From Mobula hypostoma (taxonomy: Eukaryota): DNA of 64,000 bases. The position numbers were made by a program, and so were the translations under genes. Below, piece by piece: positions 1 to 11,317 of this stretch. A model generated the notes under the pieces. That model was given only the letters and a program-made list of their open reading frames with translations. It was not told where the DNA came from and did no database searches. Location of the stretch: positions 202,432,001 to 202,496,000 of the forward strand of contig NC_086097.1 of the NCBI RefSeq assembly GCF_963921235.1, written 5' to 3'. Every line of letters starts with the position of its first letter. The stretch's first letter is position 1.

Positions 1-823
1 GAGTTGTGAGGGTGGGGTGGTTGAGCAGTGTTAGGGGCTAATGGTGCATTTGGTGGGGAATGGTATTAGAAAATGTATTCACTAACTTTGACAAGCATGT
101 GAAAACAATGCAAGTTTGGCAGAATTGCATCCAAGCTCCAGCAATGTTACATATATATCCTCCCACTGTCAAGGAGGCCTCCTGACCCCATTCAATCAGA
201 GTATTTCTCTGTTTCTTTGTCCAGTTTGTCAGTCAAGATCTCTAGTGCTGCCTTAGAAAGTTGGAGCATCCAATCTCAGACATGATGTGCTACCTCTTGT
301 AGCAAATTCCAAAGATCTTCGGAACTGCAAATGCCTCCTTTGCAGCCATAGTCCACCTCCTCTTCAATCAGCAAAAGCTAGTGTGAACTAGTGCTGTACA
401 CTGCCAACATCAGGCTCTCTGGCAGAAATCTAAGATGTTCAGCAGCATGATTGGCATGGCCTGGACTGGTTTCTGAAATCACGCTATTGAGCAGATAGCA
501 TAGTTTCTTGGCACTGGTTCAAACGTGTAGAGTCACGCTTTGTGATTCCTGAGCACATTTTCATAAGGTGTTTCATTTTAACCCTATATTTATTTTTAAC
601 AAAATGCTTTCTACTGAGAAAAGGCAAATATTTTGTCTGAAAATTAAAATGACATTTTTTCATGAATATTTTTTGGTGCATCCACCAAACCATCCATAAA
701 GGAAAAACAGAAAAAGAAGGGATTGTCATGTAACAAAGAGGGGAAAAAAAGTTGAACAAATTAAAAAAAATGGAAGAACCCTCTGGTAGTCAAAAAGATG
801 TACCTGGTGGGACAATGGCAGAG

Positions 824-936
824 ATATTTCACAGAGTTATACAATCTTTTAATTAGCATGTTATATTTCATATCAAAAGATTGTATAATTCTGTGAAATA
901 TAACATGCTAATCAAAAGGTTGTATAAATCTGTGAA
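824..936. repeat. combined inverted and direct repeat of a ~39-47 bp unit
   Basis: 824-870 is the reverse complement of about 894-936; atcaaaag(a/g)ttgtataa(t/a)tctgtgaa recurs at about 872 and 911. Confidence 0.85.
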
Positions 937-1089
937 GGGATTAAAGGTGGATGACGTAGAGAAATTATGTGGGGCAGCTGAAGAAAAATTAGTGGATTTC
1001 AAATAGGGTGAGAACCAGGCCTTGATGGCTTTTCTCCGAGTTTGCTGAAAGAAACTAGAGAAAATAGAGAAGGCAATCAGTGCTACCTT

Positions 1090-1369
1090 TCAGACATCCT
1101 TGGGTTATGCCAAGGGAAGGGATAGCCAGGTATTTAAAAACCTGTTAGATGAATGTTGGTAAAGATTAGCTTCTAAAGGCCGCAAACTGAATATGATTGA
1201 TATTCACTTTGAAAGAATTACACTGTTTAAGGAGAGTCAGACATCCTTGGGTTATGACAAGGGAAGGGATAGCCAGGTATTTAAAAACTTGATAGATGAA
1301 TGTTGGTAAAGATTAGCTTCTAAAGACCACAAACTGAATATGATTGACATTCACTTTGAAAGAATTACA
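1090..1369 (+). repeat. tandem duplication, period 147 bp, within a decayed CR1-like fragment
   Basis: cagacatccttgggttatg...gaaagaattaca occurs at 1091 and 1238 with a few substitutions. Confidence 0.92.
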
Positions 1370-3065
1370 TTTTATAAGGTGTTTCTAATAAAGTAATGTA
1401 CTTTATATAAAGTATTGATGAAATTCTATTTCAGAACTTTGTTGATGTGACTTAAAACAAGTTTAGTTGCCTGAGTATGAAGTCAAAAAACAAAGTTAGA
1501 TCATAGTGCCTTTTACAGACTGAATTAAAGTTAAAAAATTATATTGTTATTTTTCAGGAAAAGATGGAAATGTTTGAAAGTAAAGTTATTAAAAAGATGT
1601 CAGGAGTGGACAGGGAAAGTTGGAATAAGTGGGAAGAACATTTGTGAGTCCATCAAAGGATTTTGAAATTAAATAGCTTCTCGAGTAATTTCAAGCAATT
1701 TAAAGCATTAAATTGCTTGCTTAATCTAGTGAATCTTACTTAATTTTCCTTTGCTTTATTTTGCTCTGCCTCGCCTTGATGTGTAAAGCCTTTAACTTGT
1801 GATGGCTGGCTGTTCCATTGTTGTGGGCAAGCTGATATTAATCCTATGCCCATCCAATATGCAGATAGTTCAATCAGAAATTTGAAACTGACATCTCAGC
1901 TGACTATTCTTTCCCCCTCTTCGGAATATTGCAACAAATTGTAAAACAGCCCCTTGCCCAGTGGCAACCTTGCCTAAACGGTTGGCAAAAAATAAATCAG
2001 AGTTCTTTTACAGTGAATAGCTCATTATCAATGGATTGAAATTAGAATTGGTAGAAGTAAAAGTTCATGGAATCTGTTAAAAATTAAGTTGTACATTTTA
2101 GTAATATGCTGACATCTTCATATGCCAAGTGGTGTTAAATTAATTCTCTTCTATCCTTGCACTACTGCATAAAACAGAGTTGTCTAATATGTAAAACTGC
2201 AGCATATTTAATTTGTGTATTCATAACTCTCTCTGTTTTGATACAGAGAAGCTGGATGCTGTCTCATAACGTGAGACAATCACAACGTGATCTCAGATTG
2301 ACAAATTATGACTAGTTGTATACTGCAAAGATCAGACTTTTCATCATCGTTTTCACTGATTTTACTGAGGAATCAAATGTTATATTTCCAAACTTGGTGA
2401 AGCTACTAAACTAGGTGGGATTGTGAGTAGGGAGCATGATGAAACCTCAAGGGGATACAGACAAACTAATGAAAGAGCAAGGTAATGTGGAAGATTGTGA
2501 AGTTATCCACTTTGATACAGCGTACTTTTACAATGGTGGAAGTTTGAGCATTGTTAATGTTCAAAGTAACGTTGGTGTCCATGCACACAGATTACTCAAA
2601 ACCAACATGCAGATGCAGCAGACGATTAGGAAGGCAAATGATATGCTCCCTTTATCACAAGAAGACTTGACAATGTCTTACTAAAAGTGTCATGGTCTGG
2701 TCCGTGAAGTCCGCATTCCAGTCCATGGTCCGCTCCATCGACCCTTGCTCCAGGTTTTCCTGTCTACCCTGTTTCTGTTCCTGTTGAGCACTAATTGAGG
2801 CAGCTGATTCTCATTGGGGTTGGCTGCATAAAAACCTCCAGAGACCGGGACATGGCTGCTGGATTGTTCTTGTCCTTACTCCTTGTATCCCTTCCCCTGC
2901 CTTCTGTTTTCTCTCCTGAAGCCCTGCCTTGTCTTGCCGGTAACTCTCGCCTCACCTGAAGTTCTTGTCTCGCCTTGCATTGCCTGAAGCCTTGCCTTGT
3001 CTTGCTGGTAACTCTTGCCTCGTCTCACCTGAAGTCTTGTCCTGGAGCCACCCTGTACCTAGCTC

Positions 3066-3430
3066 CCTTCCTGTCCCTTGCCTGCACTGGGTAAGTCAGG
3101 CCATCTTGCAGTTACCCTGTGCTTGGTTCTGCCCCTTCCTGTCCCTTGCCTCCGTCAAGTAAGCCAGGCCGTCTTGCCATTACCTACGGTTGGTTCTATC
3201 TCTTCCTGTCCCTTGCCTCCGCCGGGTAAGTCAGGCCAGATTGCCGTTACCCTGTGGTGGGTACTGTCTCTTCCTGTCCCTTGCCTCTGTCGGGTAAGTC
3301 AGGCCAGATTGCCGTTACCCTGCGGTTGGTTCTGTCCCTTCTTGTCCCTTGCCTCCGTCAGGTAAACCAGGCCAGATTGCCGTTACCCTGCGGTGGGTTC
3401 TGTCCCTTCTTGTCCCTTGCCTCCGTCGGG
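3066..3430 (+). repeat. minisatellite, ~68-bp unit x ~5.3, inside the LTR
   Basis: (c/t)tgtcccttgcc recurs at 3071, 3139, 3206, 3274, 3342 and 3410. Confidence 0.93.
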
Positions 3431-3486
3431 TGAAGATCCACGTCCTGCCCAAGAGGAGCTTCAAGACCCCAAGCCTCTAGTCTCGA

Positions 3487-3795
3487 GTCTCTGGTCCCTA
3501 GCCTCGCCTCAAGTCTCTGGTCCCTAGCCTCGCGTCAAGTCTCTGGTCCCTAGCCTCGCCTCAAGTTTCTAGTCCCAAGCCTCGCCTCAAGTCTCTGGTC
3601 CCTAGCCTCGCGTCAAGTCTCTGGTCCTTAGCCTCGCGTCAAGTCTCTGGTCCTTAGCCTCACGTCAAGTCTCTGGTCCCTAGCCTCGCCTCAAGTCTCT
3701 GGTCCCAAGCCTCGCCTCAAGTCTCTGGTCCCAAGCCTCACCTCAAGTCTGTGGTCTCTGGCCTCGCCTCAAGTCTCTAGCCTCGCCTCAAGTCT
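3487..3795 (+). repeat. minisatellite, 26-bp unit x ~12, inside the LTR
   Basis: gtctctggtccctagcctcgcctcaa repeated head to tail. Confidence 0.95.
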
Positions 3796-4454
3796 CAAGC
3801 CTGAAGACTCCAGCCTCGTCCTTCCTGCCAGCCAAGTCACGTCCTTGCCTAGTTCTGGGGTCCGAGCCAGAGGCAAGACCTAGGTTCCAGGTCCTTGCCC
3901 AGTCTCTGGCTCAGAGTCCAAGCCCTGGCTCCTTGCTCTCTTGCCCTGTCCTGTTCCAGGTTCCCGGTTTTCGTGTCCATGTCCTAGCCCTCACCCTGTA
4001 TCCTAGTCCTGTCCCTAGTACTTCAGTGTCTGTGTCTTGCACTTGGGTCTGTTCCCAGCCACCACCTTATGACAAAAAGTGCATAGGGCTTTTGTGAGAC
4101 CTCACCAGGTGATAGTGCTCCAGTTTCCTCCCCCATTCCAAAGACCCGGTTAGGGTTAGTGAGTGGGTGCAGCTAAGATTCACTGGACTGGTTTCGGTAA
4201 TGCTGCTTGCCATATGAGGAGAGATTGAGTGGACTGATCTTGTATTTCCTTGAGTTTAGATGACTGAAAGGAGATGAACTGAAATTTAGAAAATTATCAT
4301 GAAGCATGATGGGCTGGATGCAGCAAGGATGTTTCCCCTAGCTGAGAAATCTCAAACCAAAGGTCACAGCTTCAGAACAAGGGGCAGGCCATTTAGGAGT
4401 GATGCGAGAGTGGTAACTTTGTCGAATTCTTAACTCCAAGTGGATGTGGAGACT

Positions 4455-4600
4455 ATTCTCCTCATGACCGTTGGGTTTCCTCTGGGTGCTCCAGTTTCCT
4501 CCCACATTCCAAAGACACGGTTGGTGTTAGTGAGTTAACCGTGTTGGCACTGGAAGCATGTGGGCTGCCCAGCACAATCCTTGCTGATCAGATTCGATTT
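4455..4600 (+). mobile_element. V-SINE/HE1-like SINE fragment (similar pieces at about 4110-4165 and 25600-25820)
   Basis: gggtttcctctgggtgctccagtttcctcccacattccaaagac core motif. Confidence 0.7.
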
Positions 4601-5084
4601 GACCCTGTTGGATCTCGGTAATTTTTGATCCCCAGGTTCTTTCAGCAGTTCAAGAATGAATGAGAACCTTTGATTCTTCACAGTTATTTATTTAAAGTTT
4701 AAATAAAGATACAGAGCATTTGAAACTAAGTGAGGAGCTGAGAAACAAAAGCAAGGAATCAAACAAAGGCAATATTAAAGATGGTGCTTTTGCAAAAAGC
4801 TATCACATTTGTAGTCCAGATCATAGAAATTCCTTAGATAAGGAGAAACCAATCAGAAGTCACATTCACAGCGTGTTTGTTATGTGCTAACACTTAGTCA
4901 ATGAAAAATGAAAATGTGTAAAACCATTATGTAATTGCTGTACTGTTTTCTGCTAGTAAGTGCAGACAGAACACCAGATATTGTGAAAAATACATGAGTT
5001 TGTTATAGCAACACACACACAAAATGCTGAGGAACTCAGCAAGCCAGGCAGAATCAATGGAAAAGAGTACAGTCGATGTTTCGG

Positions 5085-5652
5085 TCTGTAAATGTGCAAA
5101 ATCAACACAGATACCTAGTGCAGATAATGGACAGCCTTCATAAAATGATCTTGACAATTTCATCCCCCAAAACTTCTTTTTCATTGTAACATGCAAGGTC
5201 ATTGTCGATAACTTCAAATTCTTTGTAGTTCCTAACTTGTTGAAGTAGTGAAATAGTTTCATTTTCACTCCCGACTCTTTCTGGCATCTCCAAGCCAGAA
5301 TGCTTGAAACCGCAGTGAGTAGAGCATTTAAGTTATCTTACTGCTTATTTCTTGCCAACTATCAGTAAAACAAATGCACTGTTTTTTGAACGCAAACCCA
5401 TGCAAGTGACATTATTTAAAAACTGTTTGCTCTAAGTGCGGTGTGGTGTCTAACGGCCACACAAGTGCATGCAACTGATCCTAATTAGAAACTGTTTGGC
5501 AACAGTCTCCTGGTCCCAATTAAGTGGTATAGTGTCTCAAATAAAGAAAGGGAATCCTAGCTATTTTTTTCCAATTAGTTGTTGTTCTTTGAATTGTCCT
5601 AAATAAGCACCTGCCCTGATTAATTAATTGTATAATTAACCAGAATCCACTC
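5085..5652 (-). mobile_element. non-autonomous pogo/Tigger-like DNA transposon, one end
   Basis: terminal taattaaccagaatccact(c) followed by TA; minus-strand remnant SWQEISSK...HCGFKH and an acidic tail; homologous to 22905-23370. Confidence 0.7.
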
Positions 5653-6111
5653 TATTTTGCATCCGTGGCTCTCTTCTGACCCTTTGCATATGAATTCGTC
5701 TTGGGGAGAAGATGCTGAAATTTAGCAATATTATTGAGATATACGTGATAGCAGTAGCAAAACTAGCTTGCTTATGCTAAGTAAGTGCTTAGCATAATAT
5801 GGAGAATTCTTGTGAAGGTCCATTGACACAAAACATTGACCTAGTTTCTCTCTCCACAGATCCTGATCTGCTGAGTAATTCCAGCATTTTGCTTTTGTTA
5901 CCTTGGGAGAGAAATACATCTAATAAAATACAGTTATAATATGTAGTCTTAGTCATTTAATTATAAGATTATTTGTAGTCAAAATTTTGTAAAGATAGGT
6001 AAGGAAAAAATGCGAAATATTGCTCAAAAGTTGCAATATAGAATTATTTATTGTAGAGATATAATACTGTTTTACCAACTTGACACTTCGCCTTTGTATC
6101 ATTATTCCCAG

Positions 6112-6236
6112 AAATCCCCTGCAAAGAAGCTAACCAATGCACTTAGCAAGTCCTTAAGCTGTGCTACCAGTCGTGAGCCTTTGCATCCAATGTATCCTGA
6201 CCAGCCTGAAAAACCACTAAATCTGGCCCACATTGT
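6112..6236 (+). CDS. DTNA: alpha-dystrobrevin internal exon (post-ZZ linker), phase 0 to 2
   Basis: attattcccag|AAA...ATT GT|gtgagt; translates [42 protein letters not shown], nearly identical to alpha-dystrobrevin as recalled and distinct from beta. Confidence 0.96.
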
Positions 6237-6524
6237 GTGAGTATATATTAAACTTTTGCCACCGAATTTCCAGTGGTCTATTTTATGTCTTTTGGGTTAT
6301 TCTTCATTATCTTATGAATCTTTCTGCTAAGTATTCTGCACTGTAAATCTTGGACATAGCACCTATGAGCAGTTTCCTTATTTCCTTTCTCTAGAAACCT
6401 GTGGTGAAAATTGGCCTTGCTTTCTGATATTGTTTGGTATCATCTAAATAATGAGTTGCTTTCTATAATTTAATGAATATTTGCAATGTGTTTTTAGTTT
6501 TACATGAAAAAGGTGAATATGGGA

Positions 6525-8200
6525 ACACAGGAAATTGGAACAGGCTATTCAAGCTGGCCCAGATCTCATGGCTGATCGCTCCAGGCCTCAACTCCTCTTC
6601 AGTCTCTCATTACCTGTTAATTCCTTGATCTTTCAAATTTTTACCTTCCACCACCTTTGGGAACAGAGGATTTCAGAGATGTTTTTCCCTCTGATAGAGA
6701 AGAAGACTGTGCATCTCAGTTTTAAATGACTGCCTTCTTGTTTTGTTTCTTTTTCCCCTTGTTTGTGACCTTTCCATGAGCACTTACCCTGTCAAACCCA
6801 CTTAGAAACTCATACATTTGAATACGACCACCCTCATTCTTCTCAACTCCAAGGAATTCAGATCCAAAGTGTCTGGCCCCCTGTCAGGATAACCCTCTCA
6901 TCTCCTTCAGACTACTTCCAATGCTACTATAATCCCTTCTAGGGAAGGGAACCAAAACTGTGCACTATATTCTAGATGTGGCACACCAACAGCCTATGCA
7001 ACAAAATCTCCCTGTTAATAAATTCCACCCCAGTTCAAAAAGACCAACTTACCATTTGCCTGATTAATTATTTGTTGGACCTATACTATTTCTTAATTTT
7101 TTGGTACTCATAATTGCAACCCAGTTATATAATCACAACATCATCATCACAGCATACACTATTTGTATCATTAACAAACTTGTTCCTTCTGCAGGTTATT
7201 AATGCAAGCGGTAAATAATTGAGAGCCTTGGGTATTCCACTAGTGACATCTCTCCAGCTTTTTATTTCAATACTTCGTTTCCTGTCCATGCTAAAATGCT
7301 TCCTCCTATATTTTAGACTCTTAATTTATGTATCAGCCTCTTATGTGTAATGCATCTAGAGGCTCCCTTCTATTGACTCTCACTGTTGTATCCTCAAAGA
7401 ATTCAAGTAGATTTACCAAACACGCTTTACCTTTCATAAAACCATATTGACCAGATTTAATGGTATTCAGCTTTCCGAAATGATGAGTTGCTTACTTCCT
7501 CCTTGATAATTGACTGTCATCTTACGGTAATAGATGTTAAACTAACTCGCCTGTAGGTCCTCCCTTCTGTCTTCCTCCCTTTTCCACTTGATCTGCATAT
7601 ACTTCCTTTAAAACTCTGGGGTGCTAGCTTTTGGTCCCAGCTACTTATCTGCTTTTAGCTTGGTGAGTTTCTCTTATCCATTATCACTGGTAACTGGGAG
7701 ACTTTTACGTGTTGAAATTAGTCCATCTGTTATCTTTAAGATATTTGCATTGTGGCTACAATCTCCAAGGGATCTTAAACCACAAGATATTTTATTAATC
7801 CTTCCTCATCACTAATGACCAAATTTAAAATAGCCTTTTCCCAGGTAGGTTCTGTAATATACTTCCTAAAAAAAATCCACAAATTTTACTTCTATAATAA
7901 ACTTGCCTCTTTGGCTCCTCCGATCAATATGTAGATTAAAATTTCCCATGACAATTCCTTTAAACATCTCATGGATATTTTCCCATTTATGCTTCACCCT
8001 GAGAAGATACATTTGAGGGACTATAGACTATCCTTACTTGTATTTCCCGTCCTCTACTATTCACAATTTCAACCTAAACTGATTCCACTGAGCGGAAGTG
8101 AGAGCCAATTTAATCATTTGTACAAATATATTTTCTTGGAAATTGGGGCACAAGTGCTTCTACCATTTTATGCCTCAAAGTCAATCTAACTAAGTTTCTT
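6525..8200 (-). mobile_element. old degenerate CR1 LINE fragments
   Basis: reverse-strand CR1 3' motifs (ccaaaactgtgcactatattctagatgtgg; ttacctttcataaaaccatattgac). Confidence 0.6.
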
Positions 8201-9954
8201 AACATGGACTACACCATCATATGATCACACTAGAGAATTAATACAAAATTTAAATGTGTGATAGTGATGCAATGTACTGCATATAACAAGTCTGCATTTA
8301 CTGAGCTGCTTAAAAAAAAGATCTGCGACAGTTGAAATTGTTAGAAATTAGGATTTTTAAGCTAAAACACAAACATTTTATCCATGTTTTTTTGGATCCT
8401 TGAAGAATTTTGAAGGTGGTTGTTTTTGATTTTTCCCATAGAGCTAATTTCTGATTGCTTTTGGGATAATTTTGCTCTGTTGAACTGTGTAATATTTAAA
8501 GGAATAAGTCTTAAGATTTCCAATGGACAGTTCTTTCATTGCCATTTTAATGTAGATGGAGGAACAGCAGATGAGAGTGGGGGGAGGAGAATGAAACTTA
8601 AGACAGCATGCTCTTCAACTACATTCTCTTCTTTTCCATCATTTCCACCCTCAGCTTCCACTCTAGATGATAACTTAGAAGTTGCAGAGATCCTGTGAAT
8701 ATGTTAGTTAGAATTTCTTGGGAAGAAGAGAAATTAATCATTAACAGTTAGCACTAAGTGATGTGAGGAGTATTTGGAGCAGGTCGGCTTCTCCAACAGG
8801 CTTCATTCTAATGAAGTAAATGGAGTTGAGTTGTGGAGACAAGTAAAGCCAACAACCATTAGTTTTGTACATAAGCAGCACATGACCAAAGACCAATTTT
8901 TTTTCCCTGATTTTAAAAGAAATGGTTCAGCATACGTGGCACAGAAACACCCATGAAGACGTGTGGTCCTATCAAATCTACCTATCAGCTCATAGTTGTA
9001 GATACCATGGCCTTATCCAACATTTATGTTACCTGGTGAACTGAGGCAGTTCTCAGTCTTCGACCAAATCAGCCGAGATATCATACGGACATGCCTCAGC
9101 AGCTAACTGACATATTTATCAGATTTGTGGATCTTACGATTAGGTACCTCTGTGTTAACGATCAAATTTATATTTACATGGCAATCCAGGGAGTTTTAAA
9201 TGGTAAGCTTTATACTAAATGGGTTTCAACATAATGTGAAATAACATCTATAAATAGTGGTTTAGATTGAAAATAGTTACTGTGAGACTTTATTTCTAGT
9301 TTTATCATGACAAGCTTATTTGAATGCATTTAAGTTTTGCCAGCATGTGTATGATCTATTTCACTAGTTTTATTTCTTTATACTCCTTGTAGAAGGTGGA
9401 AGGAACATTCTGTATTTTTCTGACTGCATGCAATAAATGATTTTTTTAAAACATCTCCCTCATTATGCTGTGTACGATGATCTCCTCTTTAAGCAAGGTA
9501 GATTGCCTTAGGTAGTGGAATCCAATAATGCGCTAATGCAATCAACAACAGGTTACTTATATCGAGTCATTCTCATGTCATGATAATAAACAGATAAGTT
9601 TTGTGTGAGTTTGGTCTGCGTTAAAGGATGAGGGTTAATGGTGCATCACAATCATGTTCATTTTCCAGCGCAAAATGCTTGAGCATTCTTGATCATTTGA
9701 TATGTGGTTTTGCCATATAAACAAAATGCTTCAGAATAAAACAGAAAATACACTTTAATATTTTGACTACTTAGAGCATCATAGAACATTCTGCAGATTA
9801 AATCACAACTAAATTATGGGAATCTAATTCTTGCTACATTTGTAAGAAAATAGTATTTATCCTTGAATTATGTATTGTTTTTAAAAATGAATGGCATGTC
9901 CTACAGTTAATTACTTGAGTTTTTATAATGTGTTTTGCTTTTGCTGCTGCGCAG

Positions 9955-9966
9955 AAATGAATGTGG
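9955..9966 (+). CDS. DTNA: candidate 12-nt phase 2-2 microexon of alpha-dystrobrevin (adds NECG)
   Basis: ttttgcttttgctgctgcgcag|AAATGAATGTGG|gtaagc; frame-preserving, no stop in the DTNA frame; no transcript evidence available. Confidence 0.45.
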
Positions 9967-10499
9967 GTAAGCATTTTTAAAAATATTATTAAGTACTTTA
10001 AGTCATCATTAACTAACCACGTGGTAACCAACCGTAGTATAGGTTAAAGAAATTACTAATAAAACTCGAGCAAAAGTGGTGGAACATTGATCATTTATTA
10101 AATCCTACATTGTTTACATTCTTGTGGGGCTGGCTTCCAGTTTCCCAATCACACGCCATCTCATCTTCGCTATGGATGCCCAGACTCTTTCCACATCCGT
10201 ACCCCATTAGGAAGATCTTGGAGCCGTCTGCTTCCTTTGGCCACAAGGTGATTAAATTGACAAGTTCCGCTCTTGCAGGAAGCAGCACCGATATCATTGT
10301 GAGTGAGGCAGAGAAAGAGTTGGGCAGTGTTAACAGCAAAGGTTTGGAACAAGCACTGTTCCATGTGAAAAAGTAAAAGACAAGTGTAGTTGGGGTTCAT
10401 GTGAGTGTCCAAAGTTAAATCTTTGTTTTGTAGGAAGTGAGAGGAATCGAGACGTAAGCTGTTCTGGGTAACTTCATTTCCCCTCCACAAGCGCTCTCA

Positions 10500-11215
10500 T
10501 ATGCCCAGCTAATTTGCAAGTGTCCTTGCTCTGTCTGCACTGATCAACTTGTGCTCCTGGTTGCATACCATTTCAACTTCCCTTCCCACTCCCACCACAA
10601 ATATCACCCTTCACCAATGTTACTCTTCTCCATTTGACCTGGGGAGTCTACAACCCAATCGTAAGAACACACTTTTGAACTTCTAGTAACCCTTTCCTCT
10701 GTGTTCCCCCTTCACTCTCTCTTCTGATTCAATTAGGACCTTTCATCTTTTCTCTGTGCTTCGCTCCAGTCCGCACCAGCCACTTTTTTGCTCCCTTTCA
10801 TCCACCTATTACCCACACACTTTTCCCAAAAATTCTCATATCCCCACCCTCATCAACCCTCTCTTACCTAGTTCCACTTATCTTCCTTACTAACCAAAAT
10901 CCAGCATTTGCACCTATTATGCCTCCAATTATCATCACTTGCTTCAGATTCAGATTAGATAATTGTCATATAGAGTACACAGGGTACAATGAAATTCCTT
11001 TCTTACTTCTACCTTCAACCTTCCCTAATTGCAATTGATTGTTTCTGCACTTTCATTTCTTTGTCTTGTTTCCAAGTAAGATCCCCTCCTTTGTCTCCCA
11101 AATCCACCCGGCTCCATCTCCCCATCATCAAGAATTGTCTCGACCCAAAACATTAACCATTGCCTTCCTTCCACAAATCCTGCCTGACCTGCTGAGTTGT
11201 TGAAGCAGACTGGTT
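10500..11215 (+). mobile_element. decayed Penelope-like element fragment
   Basis: pyrimidine-rich body ending in gtctcgacccaaaacattaacc...cctgacctgctgagtt, the same terminus family as 5790-5895, 5008-5086 and 60518-60608. Confidence 0.5.
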
Positions 11216-11317
11216 TTGCATTAGGCATTTTGTGTTCTTCAATGTTTCTGCCAGCATTTTTCCCCTTTTTAATTCCCAAGGAAATAAATGTCTTCTAAAG
11301 TTATTGTGATTGGACAA

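Larger units (their letters stand above)
2688..4074. mobile_element. solo LTR (1387 bp) with 5-bp TSD AAAAG
   Basis: TGTCAT...ATGACA inverted termini; aaaag at 2683-2687 and 4075-4079; GC-rich interior; host CR1 sequence rejoins across it. Confidence 0.85.
2350..4460 (+). mobile_element. old CR1 LINE 3' fragment interrupted by a solo LTR and a SINE piece
   Basis: decayed ORF2 C-terminal motifs (EVIHF, GVHAHRLLK; ...agggcttttgtgagacctcacc after the LTR). Confidence 0.7.

Noticed and set aside
3487..3795. Regular short repeats resembling a CRISPR array
   Set aside because: Units are head to tail with no unique spacers, lie inside a eukaryotic LTR, and there are no cas genes
4606..4891. TG...CA-bounded segment resembling a short solo LTR
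   Set aside because: No matching target-site duplication
10281..10300. 20-nt exon-like segment ctcttgcag|GAAGCAGCACCGATATCATT|gtgagt
   Set aside because: Not a multiple of 3, so it would frameshift DTNA; no support as a poison exon
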